A model generated the notes under the pieces. The model was not told the origin of the DNA. It searched no databases and saw nothing but the letters and a program-made list of their open reading frames with translations. Both the position numbers and the translations under genes were made by a program. Below are positions 25,701 to 37,653 of a DNA stretch of 64,000 nucleotides, one piece after another. The DNA lies in assembly GCF_964355755.1 (NCBI RefSeq), contig NC_092679.1, positions 16,723,432 to 16,787,431 on the forward strand. The letters run 5' to 3'. The stretch comes from Antedon mediterranea (Eukaryota > Animalia > Echinodermata). How positions within the stretch are numbered: the first letter of the stretch is position 1; the number at the start of each line of letters is the position of its first letter.

Positions 25701-27741
25701 TTCTGATTATGTTCATACTCGTACAGTGTTTCGATCTTCAACGACGCCCCGAGGAAGTTGATGCCATTCTCTCTGGAGTAAGCGATGAGCTCGGTACATA
25801 CTGAGAAAATAACAAGTTATAATAGTATAATTTAGCATGCTTTTAAAACATGTTATTGGGTTACAGTGTAGCTCTGGTTGCTGCATGCTACGTAAGTTCC
25901 CTGTGTTATTGCCATAGTCATTTTACAATATATTATGGTATTGTGTTAGTAACTGTAGGTTACGTTTTTCAGAGTAAACAACCGTAAGGTTTGAACATAA
26001 TCAAAAGCTCTGTCTACACTATCAAACTTTATGTGACAAAAAAGTGTGATGTACCCGTATATGGTAGTGATATGCTTAAATATGGTAGTGATATGCTTAA
26101 ATATGGTAGTGATATGACATCATGTCCATATATGGGCATATCACATTTTTTGCCACATAATGTTTGATAGTGTAGACAGAGCTTTAACAACCTATTCCTA
26201 ATATTAAGTGCAATTAGTTTTGAATATAAATTCACTAGTGATATTAGTTGTTTGTCGGGACTTTTAAAACATCATTATACCAACAAAGCAATAACAGAAA
26301 ATCGATATTGCAATATAATATTTAAATTATACTAAAAATACTTGTGTGTGTATTGTCCCCCAAAAACATGAACAATGAATATTAATTACATCAGACTTTT
26401 AATAGGTTATTTTGTAGTTTTAATAAAGTTAACCCCTTCCATAAAAAAAATCAACAAAATAAATGTTTTCTCATATAAAATGACAAAATAAATGGTCAAA
26501 TTCAACCAAAAACCCATTTGCTGGCAGCCAATTTGATTATTTTTTGCTTTAAATTACAGTTTCTTCAGCTAAATAATTGTTTTCGATTCAATTTTTGTTA
26601 AAAGTGAATAACTATTATGTGACATTAAAATGGCATATTCAACAACAACAAAATTTAAAAATTATTTTTTCAGGGGGACATACTTTAAAATTGAACGTGA
26701 AATCCAACAACCATAATTATACAAAGTCAAGTTCACCTGACAATACAATGGCCTTCACTTAAATAGTATTAGACTGGTTTAAATAGTATATACTGGTTTT
26801 ACCTTTGCTTTCAAAAAACACAATGATGGCAGACGATTCATCTAGATACTCAATCCGCTCTATATAGCCCGCACAATTGGCGGATTTACTGAGGTATTCT
26901 TCTAGTTTGTTTAGGAGGTCGTCTTGATTTGACGGTAGGTTGCTTACGACTGCTGTACGTTCCAGTTCGGCAGCCAGCTCCTGGTCTATCCACCGATGCA
27001 AACGCTCTTCCATCGTCCTAGAATAAACAGGACAAAAATACAGGCGTATTTAGGTATAATTAGGTAGTAGGCCTTTTATTAAGTCACCTCGATCGTAAAT
27101 AGATTTGGCCACTAATTCGAGGTACGGTCGGAATCTTAAATGTTTAGTCAATCATTATCACTTTTCAAAACTTCGTTTCTATATTTCTTTTAGATATACT
27201 TAAATACTAATTAATGCCTTAGAAGTCTATCGTGTGTTTACTATTTTTCTTTCGACACACTGTAGGTACTGTACTTTTTTAGTTACTATGTATATGATAC
27301 TATGTGTATAAACTCAAAATATAGTCTGAGGAGTGTTTCATTTCACTTGTCGCTGGTCTAAAATTCCGTTGAGAAATTTCTGTTATGTTCTCGTTCATAA
27401 TTGAATTGCTAAAACTATACTCTCGTTAGCTCCCGACGGAGTATAGTGTTTTCTGAATGTTTGGCGTTTCTCTCGGCTATTTTTACATTTTAGTTTTGAT
27501 TTAACCGTTATAGTTAATCATTTTCTAGCCCAATCTAAGCCCTTTTACTATATCCATGATACTATTTTACCCACAACATTGCTTTTTGTTTAGTAATTGC
27601 CTTTTACACAACAAATAAATCAATATGTTGTTATTTCCTGGTGAATATTCAATAATAAATATCTACTTACATGTCATCACTGAAGCCGTCAGTAGTAAAC
27701 TGTAGCTCCGGACTGCATGCATCCGGGCTATACCGAAACAT
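22731..27741 (-). CDS. Gene A: RRM-like + KH-like + macrodomain + C-terminal C3HC4 RING protein (PARP14/DTX3L-related, no ART domain), about 960 aa
   Basis: In-frame exons 27741-27671 (least certain), 27017-26803, 25800-25676, 25588-23665 and 23278-22731. RTAVVSNLP...SAIIVF (RRM-like); E/R/K-rich coiled coil; macro motifs VKRGDIAKE, GGAISSTI and SVAIPGLGTGRFYFP; RING CVLC-x12-CKHIICHIC-x11-CPTC (22770-22892), then stop. Confidence 0.85.
26351..26684. mobile_element. Non-autonomous DNA element (Kolobok-like); second copy at about 38597-38911
   Basis: TATTGTCCCCCAAAAA ... TTTTTCAGGGGGACATACT|TTAA; the internal block AAAGTGAATAACTATTA.GTGACATTAAAATGGCAT is shared by both copies. Confidence 0.7.
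27335..27348 (-). promoter_or_regulatory. IRF-E/ISRE-like motif near the 5' end of gene A
   Basis: AAGTGAAATGAAAC on the minus strand (tandem GAAANNGAAA core); motif match only. Confidence 0.35.
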
Positions 27742-28547
27742 TATGTAGGCGGAATCAACAAACTTATAAAAATCGCAGGAAGAAAGCACTGTCGTTTAAA
27801 TACCTGGAAGCGCCGAGGCCTGACGTTCAACTTCGGGTCATTAGTAATCTTTCTTTTACAAGTTGATCATAGAAGTGTGGATTTGTTTAATTCTCTTCTT
27901 TTTAAAATCGTTTTTAATGCAAATCGTTTCCAAAGCTAATAGTTATAAAAACTGTCACAACGACAATGCTGGCCTAGATTAAAGTAACTTTCAGTTAGGG
28001 CGAAGGTCGCTGTCTGTTCGTTAGTAGTTTACGGAACCTATAGTAGTACTGTATAGGCCTACAATAATGACTGTTTAATTAGGAGTGCAATGGTGCATGT
28101 ATTTTCATGAGATGATAATAGAATATCAAGTTAATCTTTCACAGAAATGGCTTTATTTCAAAGTAAATGCATTTCTTTTCTTGAAATGCAATAAACGATA
28201 CATATCTATCTATAAAATATCAAACAACTGGACGGAAAGTTGACGTGCCTCAACTTCACAAAACACAGTTTCCAATGATGCCGATACAGTTAATATTTTT
28301 AGCAAATTATAATTTCCATTTTATAGTTTATTTTCTAACTACAAATGTCAACTGCTTCGATTTTAGTGCTGATTGCTGCTTCAAATTATTATGTAGTTTA
28401 CCTTATATTTTATCAGCAAAATGATAATGCTGTTTTCGGACGGTTCAATAATTTCCGGTAACGGTTTGTTAGTATTTTCCGAGCATCTACATAATGTATA
28501 CACTTGCCTGCCACTAAAATATGTTAAAGCTATTTAAAGAAACACTA

Positions 28548-29580
28548 TAGATATACATTCTTTACTTTCTGAATAAAAATGACGACTAATCGGATACAAT
28601 TTGATTTTACACGTTTTGACATATATACGGCGCACATTGATATTTAAATTGGTGTGGTGCGAAATAAAACAATTATGACTACAAGAAGTACTTAAACTTA
28701 AACACCAAAATCAGTTATGCTATTAAAAAAAAAACACTTGGATATACATTCTTTACCTTCTGAATAAAAATAGTAAACTTTCTATAACGACTAATCGGAT
28801 ACAATATTTGACTTTACACGTTTTAACATACGGCGTACATATTGATATTTAAATTGGTGTGGTGCGAAATAAAACAATTATGAATACCTACAAGAAGTAA
28901 TTAAACTTAAACACCAAAATCAGTTATGCTATTAAAAAAAAAAAACTTAGATATACATTCTTTACCTCCTGAATAAAAATAGTAAACTTTCTATAACGAC
29001 TAATCGGATACAATATTTGACTTTACACGTTTTAACATACGGCGTGCATTGATGTTTAAATTGGTGTGGTGCGAAATAAAACAATTGTGAATACAAGAAG
29101 TACTTAAACTTAAACACCAAAATCAGTTATGCTATTAAAAAAAAAACAACTTAGATATACATTCTTTACCTTCTGAATAAAAGTAGTAAACTTTCTATAA
29201 CGACTAATCGGATACAATATTTGACTTTACACGTTTTAACATACGGCGTGCATTGATGTTTAAATTGGTGTGGTGCGAAATAAAACAATTATGAATACAA
29301 GAAGTACTTAAACTTAAACACCAAAATCAGTTATGCTATTAAAAAAAAAACAACTTAGATATACATTCTTTACCTTCTGAATAAAAGTAGTAAACTTTCT
29401 ATAACGACTAATCGGATACAATATTTGACTTTACACGTTTTAACATACGGCGTGCATTGATGTTTAAATTGGTGTGGTGCGAAGTAGAACAATTATGACT
29501 ACCAAAATCAGTTATGTTATTTAACATACGGCGTACATATTGATATTTAAATTGATGTGTTGCGAAATAAAACAATTAAA
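28548..29580. repeat. Tandem repeat, 190-209 bp unit, about 5 copies, downstream of gene B
   Basis: GATATACATTCTTTAC...CGACTAATCGGATACAAT...GGTGTGGTGCGAAATAAAAC recurs at about 28548, 28739, 28948, 29152 and 29356. Confidence 0.92.
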
Positions 29581-29822
29581 ATACAAGCTTAAAAACGGAT
29601 AAGTGCTCAGGCAGTCCATGCTATAAGCTGATGCTACACTAAGAACGGCAATCTGTCAAAAATGTGTATTAACATTTATTGTTTAAACCCACCCTGATCC
29701 TTGTTTAACATAAACATTATTAATACAAGAAATAAACTAAACTTAAAAACGGATAACGGTACTCGGCTATAACAATTGCTACAATAGAACGGCAAACTGT
29801 CAACACAACACACAGTCATTGT

Positions 29823-32800
29823 TTAAACCATTGATCCTTGTTTTCCAAAGTCCACACTGGATCCAAATGTCTTTCGCAATTCGGTCAAAAGGTATGATTT
29901 CTGGTCAATCAGTGTGATATTCTTCAGAGTTGATTTTGAACTTAGTTCATCTTGCATGGCAGTTAACATCCCGTTCACGAAAACAGTAAGAGGATAATTA
30001 AAGGCTCCTGAAAACAATACAAGAATGGTAGATATAAAACTATTCTCAAAACTTAAAAAAAAACCAATTCATTATGTCTCCTAAAAAAGGCGGAGTTAAC
30101 ATACAGTAACTGATAACAAAATATTATCAAGTCATGCGAAAAATGAATTTGCCATTGTCATTTAAATATTATCAAAATAAATAGCTCCCTCTCTAACATT
30201 GCTATACAAATCATAACTAAATCTAAATAAAATGAGCATTGATGAAAAAATGAAATTCGTCAAAAATGTCGTTCCAATTGCAAAGGTTACATAGTTTATA
30301 TCATTGATTATGGCGTGTAAAGTATTCTAAAAAGAAAATACAACACCCACCTGTTCCTAATCCAGGTATTGCGGCTGACCTAGCTCCGATGTAATGTAAC
30401 GACTTGAGTACTTCTTTGCATAACCGAGTCATAATTTTACAGTTTTCTTCAAAAGATTTAAAAACGTTACAATCCGGCATTACAAGAAACATAATACATT
30501 TACACGACAATGATCCACTACTAACGTTGAAAACCTTTCCAGACGTTGATGGTATGTGCCTAATATACCATTTCTGGCATTCTTGTTTTATTACTTCACC
30601 ACCAGCTCGCAAAATGGCACTTGCCAAACCTCCTCCCATGATCATTTGGCAGTCTACCGAGCTTACAATTACATCAACTTGTTCCTTAGTGATATCTCCG
30701 ACCTTTCCGGTGATTCTCACGTTGTTGATGTTAAAGATATCATAAGGGTTACGAGAAGAGGAGGAAGAGGAATTGTTAGAAGGAGAAGGAGAATATTGCA
30801 ACTTTGGCTGCCAAAGTATAGGTTTATCGTGACGAGATTCCAGATAGGATTTTTCTGATGGTTGATAAGCAGAGCCTGCAGAATACGGATATGTGTCCTT
30901 GGTTACAGTTTTGTTGGGTTGTTGAGTTGGGTAGGACTGAGTAAACTTTTCTTCTTCCATATTTCTTGTGTCATGCGACGTAACGTGTGATGGCTGGTTA
31001 GAGCTGCTTGTCTGAAAATGGCGGTCATAGGCAGTCTTATTTGGGTACGACTGAGTCAACTTTTGTTCTTCCATATTTCTTGTATCATGCGACGTAACGT
31101 GTGATGGCTGGTTAGAGCTGCTTGTCTGAAAATGGCGGTCATAGGCAGTCTTATTTGGGTACGACTGAGTCAACTTTTGTTCTTCCATATTTCTTGTACC
31201 ATGCGACGTAACGCGTGGCTGGTTAGAACTAGTTGCCGGCAAAGACGGAGGTGTGTAGTGTTGAGACGTTTCTTCCTTCTTAAACTCATTCATACCGCTT
31301 GTACCACGAGAAGGCACTTGTGATGGCATATCAATGGCAAACGATTCATCAGGATCGTCCTCTTTTCCATCAATGCGACCGTCACGCTTTCCTAATCTAG
31401 GTCTACTTTCGTCATCTTCTTCTTCCGTCGTACTCGTGACACGTCTCATTTGACCTCCCTTCGCATCTTCCTCGTCAACTTGTGTATTGCCATCATCGCA
31501 CTCTTTAAACAACATGGATTTTTTTATCATATGTGATCTAAAATCACCAACTGCGTTCCAATCACCTTCCAACGTTACGAATTGCTCTTGTTTTGCGTTC
31601 CAATCTTCTTCCAATTTGAAAAACCTTTTTTGTTTTGTAAGGGTAAAAGAAAGGTCCAGTTTTATGGAGAGGTGTCGTAGAAACGATAAGTCATCATCTA
31701 GGATATACGGATGTTCTTTTGTAGAAATTGTAACTTTTACATTTTCAAACGGCTCCACGGTCTGAAATTGTAAAATTGTGCCCTGATAACAGTGTCTCAA
31801 TTAGTAAGAAGTTTATTTTATTTATTTACACAATTTCTCAACAAAATTACATTCGCTCCCCGTGCCCATAGACACCTTTTCACCATGGCTGATTTCTTTC
31901 ATCAATATTGATTTTGATGGCCAGAAAAAATAGCAATTCTTGCTTTAGAGAGGAAATATTGTACAGATATTGACTGCTTAGAGGTTAAATTAAGATTTTA
32001 CATCCCCGAGTGAAGGATATTTTGTTCGAGGAAATATAAAATTCCCCGAGAACATAATATCATTCCCGAGGGATGTCAAATCTTATATTTTACCGATATA
32101 ACAGGCGATATCTGTAATATTACATAGCCAAAAACAAGTAGAATATCTGCTGGGTCGGATCAGGGAGATGTAAACTACATTAGCTATCCGACCAGGGAGA
32201 TGTAAAATACATTACAGACTTGTTTACATTGGCAGACTTGTTTACATACAATACAAAAAGGAGGCCTAGCCTAGCTATCCGACCAGGGAGATGTAATGTA
32301 TTTTACATCTCCCTGGTCGGATAGCTAGGCTAGGCCTCCTTTTTGTATTGTATGTAAACAAGTCTGCCAAGACAATAATGTTTTATATTACATAGCCTAT
32401 GTAAATACGCGAACGTGATTGGTTGAAACTGCATCACATGACTACGAGGATCGTAATTCGTATATATCCTCGAGAACGATGATATTGACTGTGTAATTTT
32501 CGCGTAATTATCGTGTCCCCTGTCATTAATCATATAAATTCTCGAGTACGATGATAATGACTGTGTAATTTTCGTGTGCGACACTCGCGTTTGCCGATAA
32601 ATAAACAAAAGTCATCTACTGGTCTTGAACTTGCGATGCAATTGTCACTCCATCACACGACAACGCTTCAACCGCTGCGCCACAGAATTTGCTTGAAGAA
32701 ATTAATCTTCTAAACTATTTAAGCTATGCATACATAGCGCCCTCATTTATTATTAGTCCACCCTAAATGTGATGAAACACCGTTTGTGATTGGTCAATAC

Positions 32801-35113
32801 TCACGGTGTAGTAACCTAGTAACTAGTACGCGCTGAACATCCGGTGATTCGGCTCCTCGAAGAGAAGAAGAAGACGAATTTTTATTCGGCCTACCTGATT
32901 ATAATATTATTATTAATAGGCTTATTGATGGAAATTCTTCTGTTAATTTCAACGACCTAGGCCTAAGTGAATATTTTATTGCCAAGGAATCATTAATTAG
33001 TAATTATCTGTATATTATTCTTCGCAAGGTAAGGTGTCTAGGCAGGCTTATTTAAATACAAATAATATAGGAGGCCTAGCCAACCCAGCAGACTTGTTCT
33101 TGGCTATATAATATAACAGATATTGCCTTTTATATCGGTTAAATATAAGATTTGACATCCCCGAGGGGATGTCAAATCTTATATTTAACCTCTAAGCAGT
33201 CAATATCTGTATAATAGTTTTTGTTACAGAGGGCAAACAATGCTGTATCTTTGTGGCGGAAAAATAACGAGACTGAATAAAGTAGAAGTTCTTTTATGAA
33301 CTTATGTTTGTACCACAATAGTTGGTAAACTAGTAGCATTAAATACAAATAAAAATATATATGTTGATGTACTTTTGGCAATTTATTATTATTTATAATT
33401 GTTTGCTAAAGTTTTTAGGACCTATATAATTAAATATGCCGTGTGGTAAAATTATGTTTTGGTAATTAAGTGTGGTAACGATGTATTCAAAACAATATTT
33501 TAAAGATCTCTTTGTTTTTCTTTAAAAACAAAATTGTAAATTTATTTGTAATCAGCTGTACCAAATTAATTAAAAATATATAACACATTTGTAGATAGAT
33601 TAAGATATTAATGGAAGTACATTGATACTTCACTTACCTCTCGTTGACCCACGTCTTCTTTAAGTGTTTTTGAAACTCGAGTAGGCCTTAATTCCGAATC
33701 AGGTGTGACGTCAGAATTCTTCAACCGATATGTATCAAATGACATTGCTTCAACTTCAGATCCATGAAGTTGATGAGGACTCTTTTCAATAACCAAATCA
33801 ATCACTAAGAACATATAAATATGATTTAAGTAAACAAAATATATGCCCAAAGCATTATTGCTGTTTAATAATTTTCCTTTGTATGATACCGTATAGGCAT
33901 ATAACAATATGGCCTAAAGTTAAATGTGTAAACGTTACAGAGGGAAAAAAATGTTGTATCTTTATGGATGAAAAATAACGAGACTGAATATAACGTATAG
34001 AATTCGGCGTGCATTTCCCTTATGAAGTTATGTATACGTTTGTACCGCAAGCAGAATTCAATAGACATGTACGTATATTGTATAACAGATATTAACATAT
34101 TATTGCACTGCCATCATAAATGCATAATCATAAAAACTATATTGTACTTAATAATACACATTATAACCAAAGGTGACGTGTGCTTACCGTTCTCTTTGCA
34201 AAACGTAATTAATGCCGCATCTGTATCGATTAAATAAACGTGTTTGATATCTCCTCCGCCATTCTTCTGCTGTCTAAAATGTGTTTCAATTTGATCTGTG
34301 ACGTGTCTAATTCTTTGGATTCCCACTACCACTAACGACCGTTTCTTGTCACTATCGGTGAGTTCTTCTGTCACTGACAAAAAACTCTTGTATGACGACA
34401 TAAAAAAAAAATCATTAGAATTTTAAATTCAAAATTATTTTTGGTACGGATAATAATGTAAATGTCTTAATACTACTGTATTTCATTAAAGAATTAATTT
34501 ATTACCCTTACTTTCTGTACGTCATCTGTATTTGTAGGTTGGTTGACTTTAGACTTCTTCAGCATACTGCTTAATGACGTCACCTCGACTGTCTGTCCGT
34601 TAAGCTTATGCGAACCATGTTCAATAACCGATTGTATCACTAAAAATCAGAATGTACAATACAAAGCGTTTGATTAAAGAATAATCAGTTTGTCTAAATA
34701 AAAGATAATATCGAATGAGATGTTATTTATTATTTTGTATTGTACGCATATAGGGTGCCCAATATTCGTTACATTATAGTGCCTTGTAGTATAGACAATT
34801 TTAGAGAGAAAAAAGAAACATCTGACGACCGGCCGGAATGTAAACAGTGAATTAGGACAATTAATTGTGTAAAATTAATTATAGTCACATGTATTATTTG
34901 CCTACCTTTTTCTTCGCCAAACGTAATTAATGCCGTGCTTTTGTCCAGCATTATAATCTTTTCAATGTCCCCTCCACCATTGACCCGTTTTCCAAAGTAT
35001 ATCTCAATTTTATCTTCGTTAGTTAATGTCGGAATTTCCGATACCAGCACCGACCGTGTCTTGGCGCTTTCACTGAGTTCAGCCATCAGTGATGACATTA
35101 CGTATTCCGACAT
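29823..35113 (-). CDS. Gene B: 2x RRM-like + KH-like + macrodomain protein without RING or ART, about 765 aa
   Basis: In-frame exons 35113-34906, 34639-34512, 34386-34188, 33804-33638, 31761 (or 31782)-30351 and 30007-29823. IEIYFGKRVNGGGDI and IETHFRQQKNGGGDI (PARP14/NMI-type RRM); macro motifs VGDITKEQVDVIV, GGGLASAILRAGG and AIPGLGTGAFNYP; stop shortly after the macrodomain. Confidence 0.85.
31960..33213. mobile_element. Non-autonomous element with inverted ends of about 48 bp in an intron of gene B
   Basis: TACAGATATTGACTGCTTAGAGGTTAAAT... at 31962 is the reverse complement of ...ATTTAACCTCTAAGCAGTCAATATCTGTA near 33210; subterminal sub-palindromes; internal perfect hairpin and tRNA-like segment. 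Superfamily not assigned. Confidence 0.75.
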
Positions 35114-35196
35114 CTTTAAAAACGACAGGAAAAATAAAAAATATTAAGTAACTTTGTGTACTATTGAACAGTAGGTCTTTCTAACATTGAAATGTG

Positions 35197-35745
35197 TTGA
35201 TATGCGTCGTTATTTGTCGACTGCGTCGTTACGGTATTTGTCGATATGCGTCGTTATTTGTCAATATGCGTCGTTATTTGTCGACAAGCGTCGTTATTGG
35301 TCGACATGTGTCGTTATTTGTCGACATGCGTCGTTATTTGTCGACCATGCGTCATTATTTGTCGACATGCGTGGTTATTTGTCGCCCATGCGTCGTTATT
35401 TGTCGATATGCGTCGTTACTTGTCGATATGCGTGGTTATTTGTCGACATGCGTCGTTATTTGTCGATATGCGTCGTTATTTGTCACTATATGCGTCATTA
35501 TTTATCACTATGCGTCGTTATGTGTCGGTATACGTCGTTATTTGTCGATATGCGTCCTTATTTGTCGACATGAGTCGTTATTTGTCGACATGCGTCCTTA
35601 TTTTTCGATATGCGTCGTTATTTGTCAATATGCGTCGTTATGTGTCGGTATACGTCGTTATTTGTCGATATGCGTCCTTATTTGTCGACATGAGTCGTTA
35701 TTTGTCGACATGCGTCCTTATTTGTCGACATGCGTCGTTATTTGT
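35197..35745. repeat. 20-bp CpG-rich minisatellite
   Basis: Unit ATGCGTCGTTATTTGTCGAY, about 27 copies, just upstream of the first coding exon of gene B. Confidence 0.93.
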
Positions 35746-36455
35746 AGATCGATAACGGAGGAGTAGGCTACTGTATAAAACCAACTTAGCAATCTTAATT
35801 AATCCTAATTATTTCTATCTAGGAATCAATCTGGTATGAGAAAATCCTTGATGGCACACATTGAACAAAAAAAAATTTCCCAAACAACATGATGGAAAAA
35901 ACATTTTCTTATTTCTGTTTCAAAATGTCTTTGTAATGTCTATGTATGCCATGAAGAAATAAGTAGCTGTGGATAGGCCTACTACTAGTACTAGGTATAT
36001 ATATGGCCTACTATCATTATTATATTATTTTATTGTCCTACCTTTTATGGTTATGCTTCCATTCTTTGTACCCACGCTATTGTTGGAGGTTATTTGCATT
36101 TATCAAACAAATACTGATTACAAAGAATTGAGAATATAACAGTGGTTGTACGGCTGATACTGTATGTACTTTAGTATATTTGCCTTTACATTATTGTAAC
36201 GATTAAGCATTCTATACACTTTTCATGTTTATCGATTACGTTACGGTGGCCTACTGTTAAATAGGCCTATCTATCGATCCTATAGCCTACGCACAAACTA
36301 AATTGAACGGACAAACACTGTATAAATTAGCCTATTATAGTATAAAGATAAAACTGTTACCGTGTAAAACGTATCTTCTTACATCGACGTCAGACTCAAC
36401 AAAAATGGAGTTTTTGTATTTGTATATATTATGTACAACATTATTTTTGGACTTT

Positions 36456-36465
36456 GGAAATTCCC
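36456..36465 (-). promoter_or_regulatory. NF-kB consensus site upstream of gene B
   Basis: GGGAATTTCC on the minus strand, an exact GGGRNWYYCC match, about 100 bp upstream of a candidate first-exon donor at 36360. Confidence 0.5.
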
Positions 36466-36529
36466 GTAGACAAGAGATCATGTATACCGCGATGCATTGT
36501 GGGTGGTATGCAAAAGTGCGCCGCCTTAC

Positions 36530-36905
36530 GACAGCCTACTCCCGTATAATCATGGACTATAAAAGTCCATGACATAACAGAAATCAATGACACATCATAT
36601 AATTGTGGTTAAATTTTGAAGGGTCAGGGTCAAAGATCAAGGTCCACAAAAAAAAAATAAATAAAAAATAAAAAAATAATTAAAAAAAAACCCTTAGTGG
36701 GACTTGAACCAGCGATCTCAACTGTGAGAGGCTGGATACATAACAATTACACCACACTTTCATCCACAACTTTGTAGTGTGCAGTTAGCCTATTTACACT
36801 TAGAACTAAAAAAAAAAATGTAAAAAAAAAAATATTCAGGGGCATTTTATGTAGGGGAATTTTACAGTAGGCGGAGGTTTGTACTCTCGGAGTACCCTCT
36901 AGTTT
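36530..36905 (+). mobile_element. Helentron/HINE-like non-autonomous element carrying an antisense tRNA-like segment
   Basis: 3' end GGCGGAGGTTTGTACTCTCGGAGTACCCTCTAGTTT (short hairpin followed by CTAG-T); 5' hairpin TCATGGACT-ATAAA-AGTCCATGA; minus-strand A box TGGTGTAATTG and B box GGTTCAAGTCC within about 36691-36756. Confidence 0.55.
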
Positions 36906-37653
36906 ATAATAAAATTATGATAATAACTTACCAAAGATGCTTTTAAATCCATCCAATGGTGTTATTTTTACCCTCGTACTACATTTGCACGAGTTAAGTA
37001 AAGCAATATGCCTATTCAACTCTGTTAACAAGTAAAAGATCCAATTGTCCGAATTATTTTTCTCATTTTCTTAATAGAAAGATGCAATCCTTAGTGGGAG
37101 AGTATGTAGACATTTTCCAATTTCTGATAAACGTACATTCGGATCTTTCTCAGATATTAATCATAGGCCTACTCGCCATCTACAAATAATTATTGGGGCA
37201 GAATGCTTAAATATAATATTTTTACTCCAAGTATTGTTCATGGCCTAGTAACATTATAGTTTTTACAGATTCTCTTAGATTTTAGACCATTAACCTTTCC
37301 AATATTATTTATTCCTTGGATAGTCTTTGGTACTACTAATTTCAGCTTTTTTCAACTTCAAACATAATTATGTTTTGGCTATTGGCAAATATGGTTTTAA
37401 TACAGCTTCAAATATAGCATCTGGCTATTCCAAAATAGGGTTTTAAGAAATGAAGAAATGTATAAAACAGCATTTATTATGAAAGAAGGTTTATACGAAT
37501 TCAATGTTCATATCTTGTGTTCTCCAAATTACACAAGTATAATACTTTTAAGCGTCTTGATAATTAAGTAAGAATATCGCGTTCATTATTGAATTATCAA
37601 AATACGTTAAATTTCCCTCCGACATAAAAAGGATGACCATCTAAATTGCTGTT

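Noticed and set aside
35187-35766. Three overlapping Cys/Arg-rich ORFs
   Set aside because: Translations of the 20-bp minisatellite.
36691-36756. Functional tRNA-Glu(CTC) gene
   Set aside because: Stems pair poorly and it sits inside a repeat element; treated as tRNA-derived.
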